Below, in pieces: positions 48,281-58,586 of a stretch of 64,000 nucleotides of DNA. The first letter of the stretch is position 1; the number at the start of each line of letters is the position of its first letter. The notes under the pieces are model-generated. The model was given only the letters and a program-made list of their open reading frames with translations. It was not told where the DNA came from and ran no database searches. The position numbers and the translations under genes are program-made. The stretch comes from an uncultured virus (IMG/VR IMGVR_UViG_3300033149_004321) (lineage: Duplodnaviria; Heunggongvirae; Uroviricota; Caudoviricetes): the IMG/VR virus record IMGVR_UViG_3300033149_004321. The stretch is one strand, 5' to 3'.

Positions 48281-51166
48281 TTATATTTGTACCATTCTTC
48301 TTACATTTACAGCTATTCTTTTGTCAATTTCATTTACAAGTTCATCAATTCTTTCACTACTATCAATTGTATTTCCAGTTACATTTATATAAATATTATT
48401 AACATTTTTGCTACCAAAATCGCCACCCCTTATCTTGCTTGCTATTGCTGATGGGATTATCATTTCACCTCTGTGTATATTGGCTAACATATCTGCAGGA
48501 ACATTGCTTATTCCTGACCGAGCCCCTATCGGAGAAGGAGAACCCATAGCTCTCCATTCGCTTATATTAGGGGCCATACCTATTCCTGTTTTTACTACAG
48601 GTACTCTGGGTATTCCACCAGGATACATTCTTCTTAAATTTCTTTCATAATCAGGGTCGCCTGGGAAAACAGGTTCACCGAATTCATCAAAAACATCTAT
48701 ACCAGACATAGGAACTGTTTTTCCTGTCCAAGGGATACCTGCTTCACGTAATTTTCTTATGTAATCTGCTTGTGCCGAACCTTGTATAGCTTGTTGTCTT
48801 TTTGCCAAATAAGCTTGATATCTATCCTGTTCTGTATAACCTATATCTGACAATACAGCTGCCCCCCAAGCTGTCCCTGCAGCAAGAATACCTGCAGCAG
48901 CTCCAACCCCTGCTCCTACACCAACCCCAACGCCAGCTCCCGCTCCTGCGCCAGCTCCCGCTCCAGCACCAGCTCCTATTCCCAAAGCAGATGTTATTTT
49001 ACTTTTAACACCTGAAAATATACTACCTATCGTATTTCCTAAACCACTAAATATTTCAGAAATACTTTTGCTTCCTTTTAATGTATCTTCCAATATTTTA
49101 TCTATAAATTTTCCTTTATAATTTTTTGCTATTGCATTCCAGTTTCCATCTAAAGCATCTTTCAAATCTTCATTCACTTTTGTAATATCTTGTCCTAAAG
49201 CAACCCATAAATTGCTGAATGAGGTGGGTTCTTCACCCATCAAAATTCCTTTCAACAATTTCTTTTGATTTTCTAAAGATTCTTTATGTGCTTTTTCTGT
49301 CTTCTTTATTGACCTTTCATTAATAGATTTTTCGTATTTTTCCCAAGCTGTCAACATACTATCGGTTGTTTTTTTTGTTTCCTTTTTTACTACAATATTT
49401 GATTCCTCTACTTCTTCTTCCTGATTTTCCAAGCTACTAATCAAATCTTGTAATTGTTTTTCTTCTTCCGATTTTTTCGTTAAAGTAACTTCTTTTGCCA
49501 TTCTAATTTTTTTATCAGTATGTTCTCGAATCTTTGCTTCAACTTTTTCAGTAAATGTTTTTGTTTTATCCAATTCAAATTGTCTATTGGCTTCTGCCCG
49601 TTCTCTCATTCTTGCTTCTATTTCTTTTATATCTGCTTCAACATCTGCTCCAAAAAACCCTTTAGTTTGCAAGTATGTTTTGTAAATAGCGTCTACTGTA
49701 TTTTTGAAAGCCCCAATTAATTGAGTAAATCCCCCACTTAAATCGTCCATTAATACTTGAATGGCAGCAATAACCCAAGAAGCTTTTTCCTGTATACCTC
49801 CCCAATCCCTTTTCCAAGCTGTATATAATAAGCCAACTGCCGTTACTATTGCCATAATGGCAAGAACTACTGGATTTCCAAGAAAAGAAAGATTTAATAA
49901 CTTGACAGCTGCTGTTATTAATTTTATAGAAGTAACTATTTGTGGAAGCATAAGTAAGACTGGACCCATAGCTAACATAAAAGCTCCTATACCTCCAGTC
50001 AATAATGTTAAAACAGTCGTTAAAGTTTCATGTTTTGAAAGTAAATTAGCAATATAACCTATCCATTCTGCAAAACTATCAATAACTTTTCCTATAATAG
50101 GTATTAAATTATTTCCAATAACAACCAATAATTCTTCAATTTGATTCTTCAAAGTTGCCCATTTCAAAGTAAAACTTTCGTTCATCTTTGTAAAAGCTAA
50201 ATCAGTTGCTCCGACTGTTTTTTCCATTGCTTTCATGGTAATATTATATTTTTCATTCATCGCCCCACTTAAAGATAAGGCTGCTGTCAAAGCTCTAACA
50301 TTTGGAAACAATTGTGCCATTATTTCTACATTACCGCCAGTGGCCTCTTTCATTTCATTCATAGCACCAATCAAACCTTTTTCCTGCAACGTTGTAGCGC
50401 TTAATTCCAACCCAAAACGTGCGGCAGTCTTTGCTGCATCATCAGTAGGTTTAATAAATCCTGTCATTAAACCTTTTAATGCTGTCATTGTTGTAGCAGT
50501 ATCAATACCACCTGCTGTCATAGCTGCCGTTGCTGCTGCCAAGTCTTCAAAAGAAACGCCTGCATTTGTAGCAATAGGTATAGCGTTACCCATTGTAGCA
50601 GCCATTTCTGCAACAGTTGTTTTACCTAAATTCTGCGTTGTAATCAATGTATCCATTACATGATTAACATCAGTCTGTGCATCACCATAAGCATTCATTA
50701 TTGTAGATAAAAGATTAACTGAAGTAGCTGTATCTGTAAAACCCGCTGTAGCCAATTTGGCAGCCCCTTCAACAAAAACTAATGCTTCAGATGTGTCAAC
50801 CCCAGCAGATAAGGCTTGATACATTGCTTCTGTAAGTGTATTCAAATCTTGTGGAACAGTTCTTCCGATTTCACGTAATCCTTTAGCAAAGACTTCCATA
50901 TTAACTTTAGCAGTGTCAACAAGTGTGGAAACTTTATTCATTCCTTCTTCAAATTTAGCTGCTTTTATAGTAGCACCTGTCAGACCTGCTGTGATAGCTG
51001 CTCCTGCTACCGTGAAAGCTTTTCCTACCACCCTGATACTTGCTTGATGCTTTTTAATAGACCTATCTAATTCATTTAAATATCCTTTAGCATCTGAAAC
51101 CATTCTGTTTACTGCTGCTGCACTGGATTTTAAATTAATCAATATGTCGCCAAGATTAACACTCAT
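48281..51166 (-). CDS. Tail tape measure protein (TP901 family)
   Basis: 961 aa, Ala-rich helical; KFEEGMNKVSTL, AMYQALSAG, NLGKTT, ANIHRGEMIIP. Confidence 0.92.
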   Translation of the reverse strand: MSVNLGDILINLKSSAAAVNRMVSDAKGYLNELDRSIKKHQASIRVVGKAFTVAGAAITAGLTGATIKAAKFEEGMNKVSTLVDTAKVNMEVFAKGLREIGRTVPQDLNTLTEAMYQALSAGVDTSEALVFVEGAAKLATAGFTDTATSVNLLSTIMNAYGDAQTDVNHVMDTLITTQNLGKTTVAEMAATMGNAIPIATNAGVSFEDLAAATAAMTAGGIDTATTMTALKGLMTGFIKPTDDAAKTAARFGLELSATTLQEKGLIGAMNEMKEATGGNVEIMAQLFPNVRALTAALSLSGAMNEKYNITMKAMEKTVGATDLAFTKMNESFTLKWATLKNQIEELLVVIGNNLIPIIGKVIDSFAEWIGYIANLLSKHETLTTVLTLLTGGIGAFMLAMGPVLLMLPQIVTSIKLITAAVKLLNLSFLGNPVVLAIMAIVTAVGLLYTAWKRDWGGIQEKASWVIAAIQVLMDDLSGGFTQLIGAFKNTVDAIYKTYLQTKGFFGADVEADIKEIEARMRERAEANRQFELDKTKTFTEKVEAKIREHTDKKIRMAKEVTLTKKSEEEKQLQDLISSLENQEEEVEESNIVVKKETKKTTDSMLTAWEKYEKSINERSIKKTEKAHKESLENQKKLLKGILMGEEPTSFSNLWVALGQDITKVNEDLKDALDGNWNAIAKNYKGKFIDKILEDTLKGSKSISEIFSGLGNTIGSIFSGVKSKITSALGIGAGAGAGAGAGAGAGVGVGVGAGVGAAAGILAAGTAWGAAVLSDIGYTEQDRYQAYLAKRQQAIQGSAQADYIRKLREAGIPWTGKTVPMSGIDVFDEFGEPVFPGDPDYERNLRRMYPGGIPRVPVVKTGIGMAPNISEWRAMGSPSPIGARSGISNVPADMLANIHRGEMIIPSAIASKIRGGDFGSKNVNNIYINVTGNTIDSSERIDELVNEIDKRIAVNVRRMVQI

Positions 51167-51477
51167 TTATTTTTCCTTGTAAAATCAGCTTTTCTTTTCA
51201 AGTTTCTTAAATTCCTTATTTCTAAAATATTTGGTTTTGCATTTGGGTCAAGGTAATAATCAATATCATTCGGATTTATACCTGCTTTTCGCATCTTTTC
51301 CATCATTCTAAAATCTGTTCTCTTTCCACTTTCCAAGCTTTCTTCTCCTTTTTTGACACTTTTAGCTTCTTCTTTTATTCCTATAAATGCACACAAGGAA
51401 TCAATTTCAAAAGCTCTTACATCATCCTTTACTTCTAATATAACACTCGGCCTCGTTCCGTATCGCCTACCCACCAT
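51163..51477 (-). CDS. Tail assembly chaperone C-terminal (gpT-like) frame
   Basis: Between chaperone and tape measure; frame is open back to the CCCCCTTTC site. Confidence 0.6.
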   Translation of the reverse strand: MVGRRYGTRPSVILEVKDDVRAFEIDSLCAFIGIKEEAKSVKKGEESLESGKRTDFRMMEKMRKAGINPNDIDYYLDPNAKPNILEIRNLRNLKRKADFTRKNK

Positions 51478-51499
51478 ATCTAAAGCTAAAAGATGATTT

Positions 51500-51973
51500 T
51501 TATTTCGTGCGAAAGGGGGACATTTCTTGCCCCCGCCCCATAGTTAACTCCCAAATAGCAATCAAGTCAGGAAAATCAAAAAAGGAAGGGGGTACATATT
51601 CATCTTCCGTCAAGCCTTCTTTCAAAGCATCTTCATCAAACATAACTCTTGGTTGTATAATTGCTATTGTGGCAAATCTATAAAACAAACTCATCATAGA
51701 CTTAAAATCAGAATCAGAAAAATTCTTCATTTTCGTAAAATCACCGCTTAAATCATCAACACTTTCCATCTTTGAAATAAGACTATACGTGAATATGTCC
51801 TTTTCTATTAAATCAAAAAGTTTTGGCGGTCGAACCAAAACTTTTATCTTGGAATTAGGTAATTCAAATATAAAATCCTTTTTTGCTTCCCTCATTTGTG
51901 AAGGGGTAACTACTTCATTTTCATTCTCTTCTACTATTTTCTTTTTAGTTTTTTTAACAACGTTTTCGTCCAT
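51500..51973 (-). CDS. Tail assembly chaperone (gpG-like)
   Basis: Follows the tail tube gene; ends SPFRTK. Confidence 0.7.
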   Translation of the reverse strand: MDENVVKKTKKKIVEENENEVVTPSQMREAKKDFIFELPNSKIKVLVRPPKLFDLIEKDIFTYSLISKMESVDDLSGDFTKMKNFSDSDFKSMMSLFYRFATIAIIQPRVMFDEDALKEGLTEDEYVPPSFFDFPDLIAIWELTMGRGQEMSPFRTK

Positions 51974-52006
51974 CTTTTTGGCTCCTTAAATTTTAGTATT
52001 TAATTA

Positions 52007-52513
52007 TTATGTAGCTACGTCTGTGTCGCCAAAACAGAATAACTGATAACCAGCACTTTTTGAACTATCCCTATAGCCATGAAAAACAGCAGCAATAGTT
52101 TTTACGCTTTCCTTATTATAACCTATTTCAAAAGTTTCTTGACATAAAGCTTTGAATATAGTTATTTTCTGATTATCATCCGTTTCCCAAGATGGCTCTA
52201 AAACAAGTTCAGCTAAATCACTCGTCGATATTGTGTCGCCACCAAAATCTAACCGTTCATCATCCCCACTTGTGGTTAATGTTCCTTGCGTGAAAACATA
52301 AGATAAATTAGTGGGTCCTGTTTCTGCAAGAGGAACGGTAGCGGTGCAAGCTTCACCCGTCAAGAAAGTTGTTTCTTTCATAGTGTACTGGTCGGCTGTA
52401 AAATCTACAAAAGTTGGAGTATATGTAAAAGTTACTCCTCCTGCTGACCTGCCTAAATCGTTACCATCATACGTAATGGAACAAGGCCCCAAATGTACAT
52501 CAGTTAAAGCCAT
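52007..52513 (-). CDS. Major tail tube protein
   Basis: LGPCSITYDGNDLGRSAGGVTFTY, ADQY, VPLAE, ITIFKA. Confidence 0.8.
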   Translation of the reverse strand: MALTDVHLGPCSITYDGNDLGRSAGGVTFTYTPTFVDFTADQYTMKETTFLTGEACTATVPLAETGPTNLSYVFTQGTLTTSGDDERLDFGGDTISTSDLAELVLEPSWETDDNQKITIFKALCQETFEIGYNKESVKTIAAVFHGYRDSSKSAGYQLFCFGDTDVAT

Positions 52514-52525
52514 TTTTTATCTCCT

Positions 52526-52966
52526 TTACCCTACATAGTTAGCGTCTTCCCTTACTTTTACGTGAAAAGAAAGGTATTGTATTGGTAGTTCAATATCTGG
52601 GTCTTTCTGCAAATACGGACCCGATATTAGGGCAGAAGCAAAAACATAAGCTTCACCCATTTCCAGATTGTTTTTCCTGTGGAGCAAATCTCTTATCATC
52701 CAAGCCATAACTTTTGATATTTGCGAATCATAAGACCTGCAAAAGATTTCTACTCTTGCATTATCTATTTCAAGATACGTCTCAATCCCAACATTGCCTT
52801 GCCTTCTTATTTTAACAGCATTCACTCCCCTTGCCAAATTCGGAGACCACCTATGCAAACAAAAAGTAGGTTTGGTTGTTAAATTGCTTTCACTCCAGGG
52901 TGTTGTCCAATTATCTTCTAAATAAGTTTTTAATTGTTCTTCTAAATAATTATTTAATGTAGTCAT
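52526..52966 (-). CDS. Tail terminator/completion protein (putative)
   Basis: Synteny; RVEIFCRS...IRDLLH. Confidence 0.6.
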   Translation of the reverse strand: MTTLNNYLEEQLKTYLEDNWTTPWSESNLTTKPTFCLHRWSPNLARGVNAVKIRRQGNVGIETYLEIDNARVEIFCRSYDSQISKVMAWMIRDLLHRKNNLEMGEAYVFASALISGPYLQKDPDIELPIQYLSFHVKVREDANYVG

Positions 52967-53349
52967 TATTTATTTTCAACTGATTCAAATACATCTTTCT
53001 TTAATGCATTGGCTACTAAACTAATAACATCTTTCGATTTTTCTTCAAGAGCAGGCCATAAAAAAGGTTGTGCATCCATCTTACTTGTTCCTAGTTCAAC
53101 ATAAGGAGCATAATAAGCGTTAACACCCACAATTGTCAAGAAATTTGAAACTTTCTCTACAAAATGATTCCTTTGTAAATTACCTGTTTTTACTGGAACA
53201 ATTTCCTGTGATTTTGTTTTAACTATGTTCCCGCTCTCATAAAGAGCATCACCTAAAACTTCTGCTGTTTCTTTATCAATCCAATCCAATTTTCTCTTTA
53301 TTGCTTCAAGACCTTCAATTGTCAAATCTAAATATTTTTCGGTAACCAT
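52966..53349 (-). CDS. HK97 gp10-family tail-completion protein
   Basis: VPVKTGNLQR, YAPYVELGTSKMDAQPFLWPA. Confidence 0.88.
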   Translation of the reverse strand: MVTEKYLDLTIEGLEAIKRKLDWIDKETAEVLGDALYESGNIVKTKSQEIVPVKTGNLQRNHFVEKVSNFLTIVGVNAYYAPYVELGTSKMDAQPFLWPALEEKSKDVISLVANALKKDVFESVENK

Positions 53350-53351
53350 AA

Positions 53352-54482
53352 TTAATCCAGCTTTCTGTAAGCAACTGCTATTGTTAATGAATCTATATCT
53401 TCTCCGGCACCCGTTTCTGTAAAACTTAATTTCAAAGTTTCACCGCTTGCCATATCGGCATTTTCAGCATGTAAATCACCCATATCTTCAAATATCCCTG
53501 CCGTCAACGCAAGCCCTGCTGCATAGGGTCCACTTATATATCTTTCAACAATTTTTGATGTGCCATTTTTAATAGAAACTAATACATAATTTGAATCGGA
53601 ATCAGCAGCATACGTTTCTGTCGAACCAATGTAAACTTTATCTATTACAATTCTTCCAGCAGTTATCATTAGACAAAAAACGTGGTCAGCATCATCGGAT
53701 TTAGTATAATCCCCCAAGTTAAAAACATCTACAAAATATCTGTCCCTTGCTCTTGGTTGTGTCATTATCCCTTCAAGGTCAACACCAAATACTTCCGTTC
53801 CACCTTCCTTGAATGAAATATGGTCCCTAACTGTCTGGTCGCTTATTATAGTGCCGTCTGTTTTTGCCGGTTCGGCGAATTCAATAACTGGGTCGGACTG
53901 TGCATCTGTATTAGAATCTGTGCTTGTAGCTACTATATTATATTCTATTCTTACTGTGAATCCTGAAAGAGCCATGCCATTTCCAGATTTAGCAAACTTA
54001 ATATAAACAGTTTCATTAGGTAATATTGTGGAATAATCTGTATCAATAGTCCCACTTGCACGCCAAGTGTTAAGAGTAAAACCAGCAGAAGCCGTTGTAA
54101 TAGCTGCCGCTACTGTTCTTTCCGTAGCACCTGCTCCGGCCTTTTTGCAAATGGAAATAGACTGATAATCAGTGGTATCCAACGCTACGGATGTGTCTGT
54201 AGCAAAATCTGCTGTCTTTATTGTTACAGGAACAGGCGCTCTGAAAATAGGAAATAAATTCCCATCTTCATTTGCCGCTATATCTCCAAGACAAACGTGG
54301 ATTGTTCTTGTTTTCCATCCTGAATTTGAAACGATTTCTCCGTGTTTATTTATTCTACAAACTTCTGTACCGCTCTTTGTCATTCTTATAAAATCGCGAC
54401 CTTTATTATCATCTATTTCGATAACAGGTCCCGTTGATTCTTTTAAATCATCAAATAATAGGCACTGATCCCCGGCTGCCAT
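53352..54482 (-). CDS. Putative virion structural protein (two tandem copies of the domain in 54628-55152)
   Basis: Repeated VCLGDIAA..D / FAKSGNGMALSGFT pattern. Confidence 0.65.
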   Translation of the reverse strand: MAAGDQCLLFDDLKESTGPVIEIDDNKGRDFIRMTKSGTEVCRINKHGEIVSNSGWKTRTIHVCLGDIAANEDGNLFPIFRAPVPVTIKTADFATDTSVALDTTDYQSISICKKAGAGATERTVAAAITTASAGFTLNTWRASGTIDTDYSTILPNETVYIKFAKSGNGMALSGFTVRIEYNIVATSTDSNTDAQSDPVIEFAEPAKTDGTIISDQTVRDHISFKEGGTEVFGVDLEGIMTQPRARDRYFVDVFNLGDYTKSDDADHVFCLMITAGRIVIDKVYIGSTETYAADSDSNYVLVSIKNGTSKIVERYISGPYAAGLALTAGIFEDMGDLHAENADMASGETLKLSFTETGAGEDIDSLTIAVAYRKLD

Positions 54483-54627
54483 ACTTAACCTCCTATATTA
54501 TTTAAATTTATTTTCAAAACTGTTTTTTCCTCATTCTATAGTTAAATTGCTTTTTTAATTAAAATTCTTTTTCATTCTTTTAGTATTGTCTTTCCTTCTT
54601 TCTATTAAAACCCAATTTATTTTAATA

Positions 54628-55152
54628 TCAGGCTTCACAAGTAAACACAAGATGCAATGTGAATCCCTCAAGAGCCATTCCGCTACTTGCTTTTGTAAAT
54701 GTACAGTAAACTTTCTCATCAGCAGCCAAAACCTTATGCGTCCCATCTAAAGAACCGCAATCATTAGCTACCCCACCAGTAAGACCTGCTGCTGTAGTCG
54801 GAGGCGAGCTGAATATGGCGTTATCATCTTTATCATATAAATTAATTGTTTGATAATTAACGGCATCTGCTCCAACATCATCAGCTACACTATAATAAAC
54901 TTTATATAAAGTAACCGCTTCTAATTTTTGAAAAATAGGTATTTTCAAAGAATCTGAATCAGCGGCCACGTCTCCTACACAAACATTTTGATAATGATAT
55001 TGCTGATTATTTGTCTGGTCAGGTAATCCATTACAATCTATACTGAAAGTTTCCGTGCTATCTTTTTTACAAACTAAAAAGTCATTGTCAGATTGGTCAA
55101 GAATTATAATAGCACCTTTACCCTCTGGGTTTTTAATTTTTAATGCTGGCAT
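54628..55152 (-). CDS. Putative virion structural protein
   Basis: VCVGDVAADSD ... FTKASSGMALEGFT; AGGAG RBS. Confidence 0.65.
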   Translation of the reverse strand: MPALKIKNPEGKGAIIILDQSDNDFLVCKKDSTETFSIDCNGLPDQTNNQQYHYQNVCVGDVAADSDSLKIPIFQKLEAVTLYKVYYSVADDVGADAVNYQTINLYDKDDNAIFSSPPTTAAGLTGGVANDCGSLDGTHKVLAADEKVYCTFTKASSGMALEGFTLHLVFTCEA

Positions 55153-55168
55153 TTCTATTACTCCTATT

Positions 55169-55357
55169 TTATATTATTTCAATGTCTTTCCTTATTTTCT
55201 TTTTTGATTTATTCTTTTTCAGCTTTTCTATTCTAACTTTCTTTTCAAGTTCGATATTCGGTTTAAGCCAGGGATAATATTTTTTCAAATTTTCAATTTC
55301 TTTTTCTGAAATTTTATCATCTACTATATCTTTTATCATTTTTATTCTTCCACCCAT
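55169..55357 (-). CDS. Hypothetical protein
   Basis: AAGGAG RBS. Confidence 0.5.
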   Translation of the reverse strand: MGGRIKMIKDIVDDKISEKEIENLKKYYPWLKPNIELEKKVRIEKLKKNKSKKKIRKDIEII

Positions 55358-55370
55358 AATTAATTACTCC

Positions 55371-55715
55371 TTATATAGTCAACGCTTCTTCTAAAGATTC
55401 CCTAACATCCACATGATAACTTAAAGTTTTTCCAAACTGATTTTTACTTCTCTTTAAATAAATTATTTGATATGTTTTTCCATCATAAACAATCCTGTCT
55501 TCTGAATCAATAGAAGCTTTATTTTCTATTATAAAAGAACCATCCATCAATTCATCTTTACCTGTAATTCCCACTGTCAATCTTTCTCTTTTTGAAAGAA
55601 AAAAACACCTTGCTTCCTGTGAAGTTTTATAACTAACATTTCCATAATCATCATAAGTAACCCCTGAACGTATATAACAAACTTCACGTAGTATTTTATC
55701 TATTGGTATTCGCAT
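55371..55715 (-). CDS. Head-closure (head-tail joining) protein
   Basis: YDDYGN, EDRIVYDGKTYQI. Confidence 0.65.
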   Translation of the reverse strand: MRIPIDKILREVCYIRSGVTYDDYGNVSYKTSQEARCFFLSKRERLTVGITGKDELMDGSFIIENKASIDSEDRIVYDGKTYQIIYLKRSKNQFGKTLSYHVDVRESLEEALTI

Positions 55716-56911
55716 TATATTATCATTTCCGTAGGTTCAGTCTTTGCATACCAACCCAATTGTTGATATAATTCAGGAGGCAAACCATTTTTAAAATCTG
55801 CTGCTGAATATTCATAATCACCATCACTAATATTTTCCTTTTTGAATGCTCTATCCAATCTACTCAAACCATATTTGTAAGCAACCATTTCACAACATAT
55901 CTGTTTTAACGGTTCTGGTATCGTTTCGTACCCGCCAGTATAAGAAACTGTTATATTCATTACTCTATTAGTTACATTTAAAATAGCACTTGTTGATAAA
56001 TCCAAAATTCCTTCATCATAAAGCACATCAAAATCAGATAAAGGATTACTGGGCAAATACAACGTTATAGTTGTTTCTTTAGCATTCAAACCAGAAACTT
56101 TAAATAAATAAGAACAAGGATAATCAGCATAATCATTATCCATCAGTTCAGCTGTCCAACCCAAATCACTGTCCAAAGCATTTATGGCATCGACCATTTC
56201 TGTTATAGTATCGTCATCTTCAAAAGTCAAATCTTCATCGCTACCATTTGAATCCCCACCAAATATTTTCAAATTTATCTTGGCAGTTGTTACTTCAATA
56301 GGACAGAAAGCCGTATCTGTCAAAGTATTTTTTATTGTCATCACTCCTGTCCTACCTGTGCTTACCTTTACATCAGAAACTATTGGATAATTATTTAACA
56401 TTATTAATCCACTATCAGTTACACTGTGTCTTTCGTTTATAAATGAACGGCTTTTCAGTTTCCTTCTACATTCATTTTCAATTCCTATAGAAGCATTGTT
56501 TATAAGCATTTCTAAAAGAAAATTATCATAACAATATAAAATCAATTTATTCGTTTCACCTAAACAACTTGTAGCTTCTTTTATAATTAAATCGGTTGAA
56601 GAAACATTTGACCTTCCTTCAAGATTAACGACCCAACCCTTATCCCAAGTGTCATTTATATAATCAACAAGTTCTGTCAAAGTATCATAATCATCAGCAG
56701 TCAAATCTATTGTCTTATCTCCATTATTAGCTCCTGAAGAAGTTACACTTAATATCATTGCTTCATCTTTGACTTGGACAGTAGCTGCTGTCGTTACCCC
56801 ATCAGAATTAGAATTGTAAATTGAAATCCCAGAAGTTTGAACGTTCTCCCTTTCTTGCAAATAATTTTTACATTCTTCTAATGAGATTAATGCGTATTCT
56901 GAAAGACTCAT
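55715..56911 (-). CDS. Head-tail connector (gp6/gp15-like) with two inserted domains
   Basis: LISLEECKNYL, LINNAS..IENECRR, VSYTGGYETIPEPLKQ; repeated DTLTELVDYIN / DTITEMVDAIN inserts. Confidence 0.75.
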   Translation of the reverse strand: MSLSEYALISLEECKNYLQERENVQTSGISIYNSNSDGVTTAATVQVKDEAMILSVTSSGANNGDKTIDLTADDYDTLTELVDYINDTWDKGWVVNLEGRSNVSSTDLIIKEATSCLGETNKLILYCYDNFLLEMLINNASIGIENECRRKLKSRSFINERHSVTDSGLIMLNNYPIVSDVKVSTGRTGVMTIKNTLTDTAFCPIEVTTAKINLKIFGGDSNGSDEDLTFEDDDTITEMVDAINALDSDLGWTAELMDNDYADYPCSYLFKVSGLNAKETTITLYLPSNPLSDFDVLYDEGILDLSTSAILNVTNRVMNITVSYTGGYETIPEPLKQICCEMVAYKYGLSRLDRAFKKENISDGDYEYSAADFKNGLPPELYQQLGWYAKTEPTEMII

Positions 56912-57008
56912 TTTAATCCATTTTTAGTTATAAGAATAATTTTATTTTTTAAATTTTCAAAATAATATTAAACTTACCATTAATCACCATTTTATCTTAT
57001 CATAAAAA

Positions 57009-57824
57009 TTAATCATTTCTTTCTATCCACCCAATAAGAGAAGCCGTTACATCCGACGCTGCTGTTGTTTCAACAGCAAGATATACATCCGTTCTTTCAC
57101 TTATTACTATGGGAAAGATAAACTCATTTCCTGATGTTGTATATTGTATTTTCTTTACCCATATAGAACGGTCAGTTTTATTATAAGGAATAATGTGTAT
57201 GCCAAAACTTGCTATTACTGCCTGTGCAATTGAACATTCAAAATAAGCTAAATATAAAGTATAATTGTCTGGAACGGTATAAAATGCGTGATATGTCTGC
57301 CCATCATAAGCGTTAATCATACCAACGGTTGTATCTGCACCAAGATTTGTTATACGCAAATTGCCTTTTAATGTATCAGCTCCAGAAGAATCTACCCAAG
57401 CCCTGTTCAATCTCAAAAATTCCTTTGCACTCTTCACTCTATTTGTACCATCCAAATCAAGTGTATCCCTTATTACATTATAATCAGCATCCAACCCTTC
57501 AAAAATTACTGTTCTTCCTCCAGTACCACCTTTATCGTCAGCCGCATTATTGGAACAAACCATCAAAGATTCAGCAGCCGCCAAAGGATTATAAGTACCT
57601 GAACTATCCCAGATAACTTGATGTGCTGCCCCGGTTGAATTGCAAACCCCTATAATATTAACCGCTTCTGCTCTTTTAATTATACCTTTGGCTATATTAA
57701 GATAATACGTTTGGGCAGATACTCTCAAATCACCATCCTCAAATTCTACTCTACTGTTCCACTGGGCGAATAACGTAGTGGGAAAGAATATAAATAAAAT
57801 TAAATAGTATAATAATTTTTTCAT
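57009..57824 (-). CDS. Signal-peptide-bearing beta-rich protein in head module
   Basis: MKKLLYYLILFIFFPTTLFA|Q; SNNAADD, GLDADY, FLRLNRA, YTVP. Confidence 0.75.
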   Translation of the reverse strand: MKKLLYYLILFIFFPTTLFAQWNSRVEFEDGDLRVSAQTYYLNIAKGIIKRAEAVNIIGVCNSTGAAHQVIWDSSGTYNPLAAAESLMVCSNNAADDKGGTGGRTVIFEGLDADYNVIRDTLDLDGTNRVKSAKEFLRLNRAWVDSSGADTLKGNLRITNLGADTTVGMINAYDGQTYHAFYTVPDNYTLYLAYFECSIAQAVIASFGIHIIPYNKTDRSIWVKKIQYTTSGNEFIFPIVISERTDVYLAVETTAASDVTASLIGWIERND

Positions 57825-57828
57825 TTTT

Positions 57829-58323
57829 TTATCTCACATTGACTTCCAATGTATAGGGGATAGTTCTCCCCTTATTTACGTTTAATGAATCTGTATTTCT
57901 TACTAAAAACAACATATGCTCTGCCGCTTCAGGATTAATTTTAAAATGATTATATAAATTATAATGCTTAACACTATCTTCAAGATTAATAGCAACTGCT
58001 CCAGAAGAATCTGGATGTGGAACTAACAAAGTATCCCAAAAAGCATACCCCCATTGTAAATTTATTCTGGGTAATTTTCCTTCAGTGTAAGCGTTTCCCG
58101 ATGTATCATATTTAAATTTTACTTCAACTACCCCAGTAAAAGATTGATTAGCTAAATTGATTCTTAAAGTATCAATATCGAGTTTATTCGTTCCACCGGC
58201 ATCGACGCTATCAGGAGCAAGTAAAGTGCCTTGCATTGAAAATTTCACCATTCTTTGTGAATAAATATCTGAAAACCAAAGGACAAAAAATGATATTAAT
58301 ATAAATATAAATAATTTTTTCAT
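57829..58323 (-). CDS. Signal-peptide-bearing protein in head module
   Basis: MKKLFIFILISFFVLWFSDIYS|Q. Confidence 0.7.
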   Translation of the reverse strand: MKKLFIFILISFFVLWFSDIYSQRMVKFSMQGTLLAPDSVDAGGTNKLDIDTLRINLANQSFTGVVEVKFKYDTSGNAYTEGKLPRINLQWGYAFWDTLLVPHPDSSGAVAINLEDSVKHYNLYNHFKINPEAAEHMLFLVRNTDSLNVNKGRTIPYTLEVNVR

Positions 58324-58341
58324 TGGACACCTAAAAAGATT

Positions 58342-58372
58342 TTCCCTGCGGACTATAAAAGCCCGCAAGGAA
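58342..58372 (-). terminator. Hairpin / terminator
   Basis: Minus strand ttccttgcgggc-ttttata-gtccgcagggaa then aatcttttt. Confidence 0.55.
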
Positions 58373-58393
58373 TAATTAATTATTCTTCTTCAT

Positions 58394-58561
58394 TCAACTT
58401 AACTTTTTCTTTCTTCTTTCTTCTGATAATATAGAAGGCACGTCTTCAGCTCTTGCATTAAAAACGCTACCTGGTTCTAACAGCATACTTTTACCGTTAA
58501 CATTATACCTCAAAAATCTACCTGGCAACATCTTCATTCTAAAAACATTTTTAATAGCCAT
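58394..58561 (-). CDS. Small hypothetical protein
   Basis: GGAGGAG RBS; MAIKNVFRMKMLPGRFL...; below ORF-track cutoff. Confidence 0.5.
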   Translation of the reverse strand: MAIKNVFRMKMLPGRFLRYNVNGKSMLLEPGSVFNARAEDVPSILSEERRKKKLS

Positions 58562-58586
58562 TGGACTCCTCCATAAGTTTAATTAA

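Noticed and set aside
48895..48980. GC-rich repeat island in the tape measure gene
   Set aside because: Simply encodes a Gly-Ala/Gly-Val linker in frame
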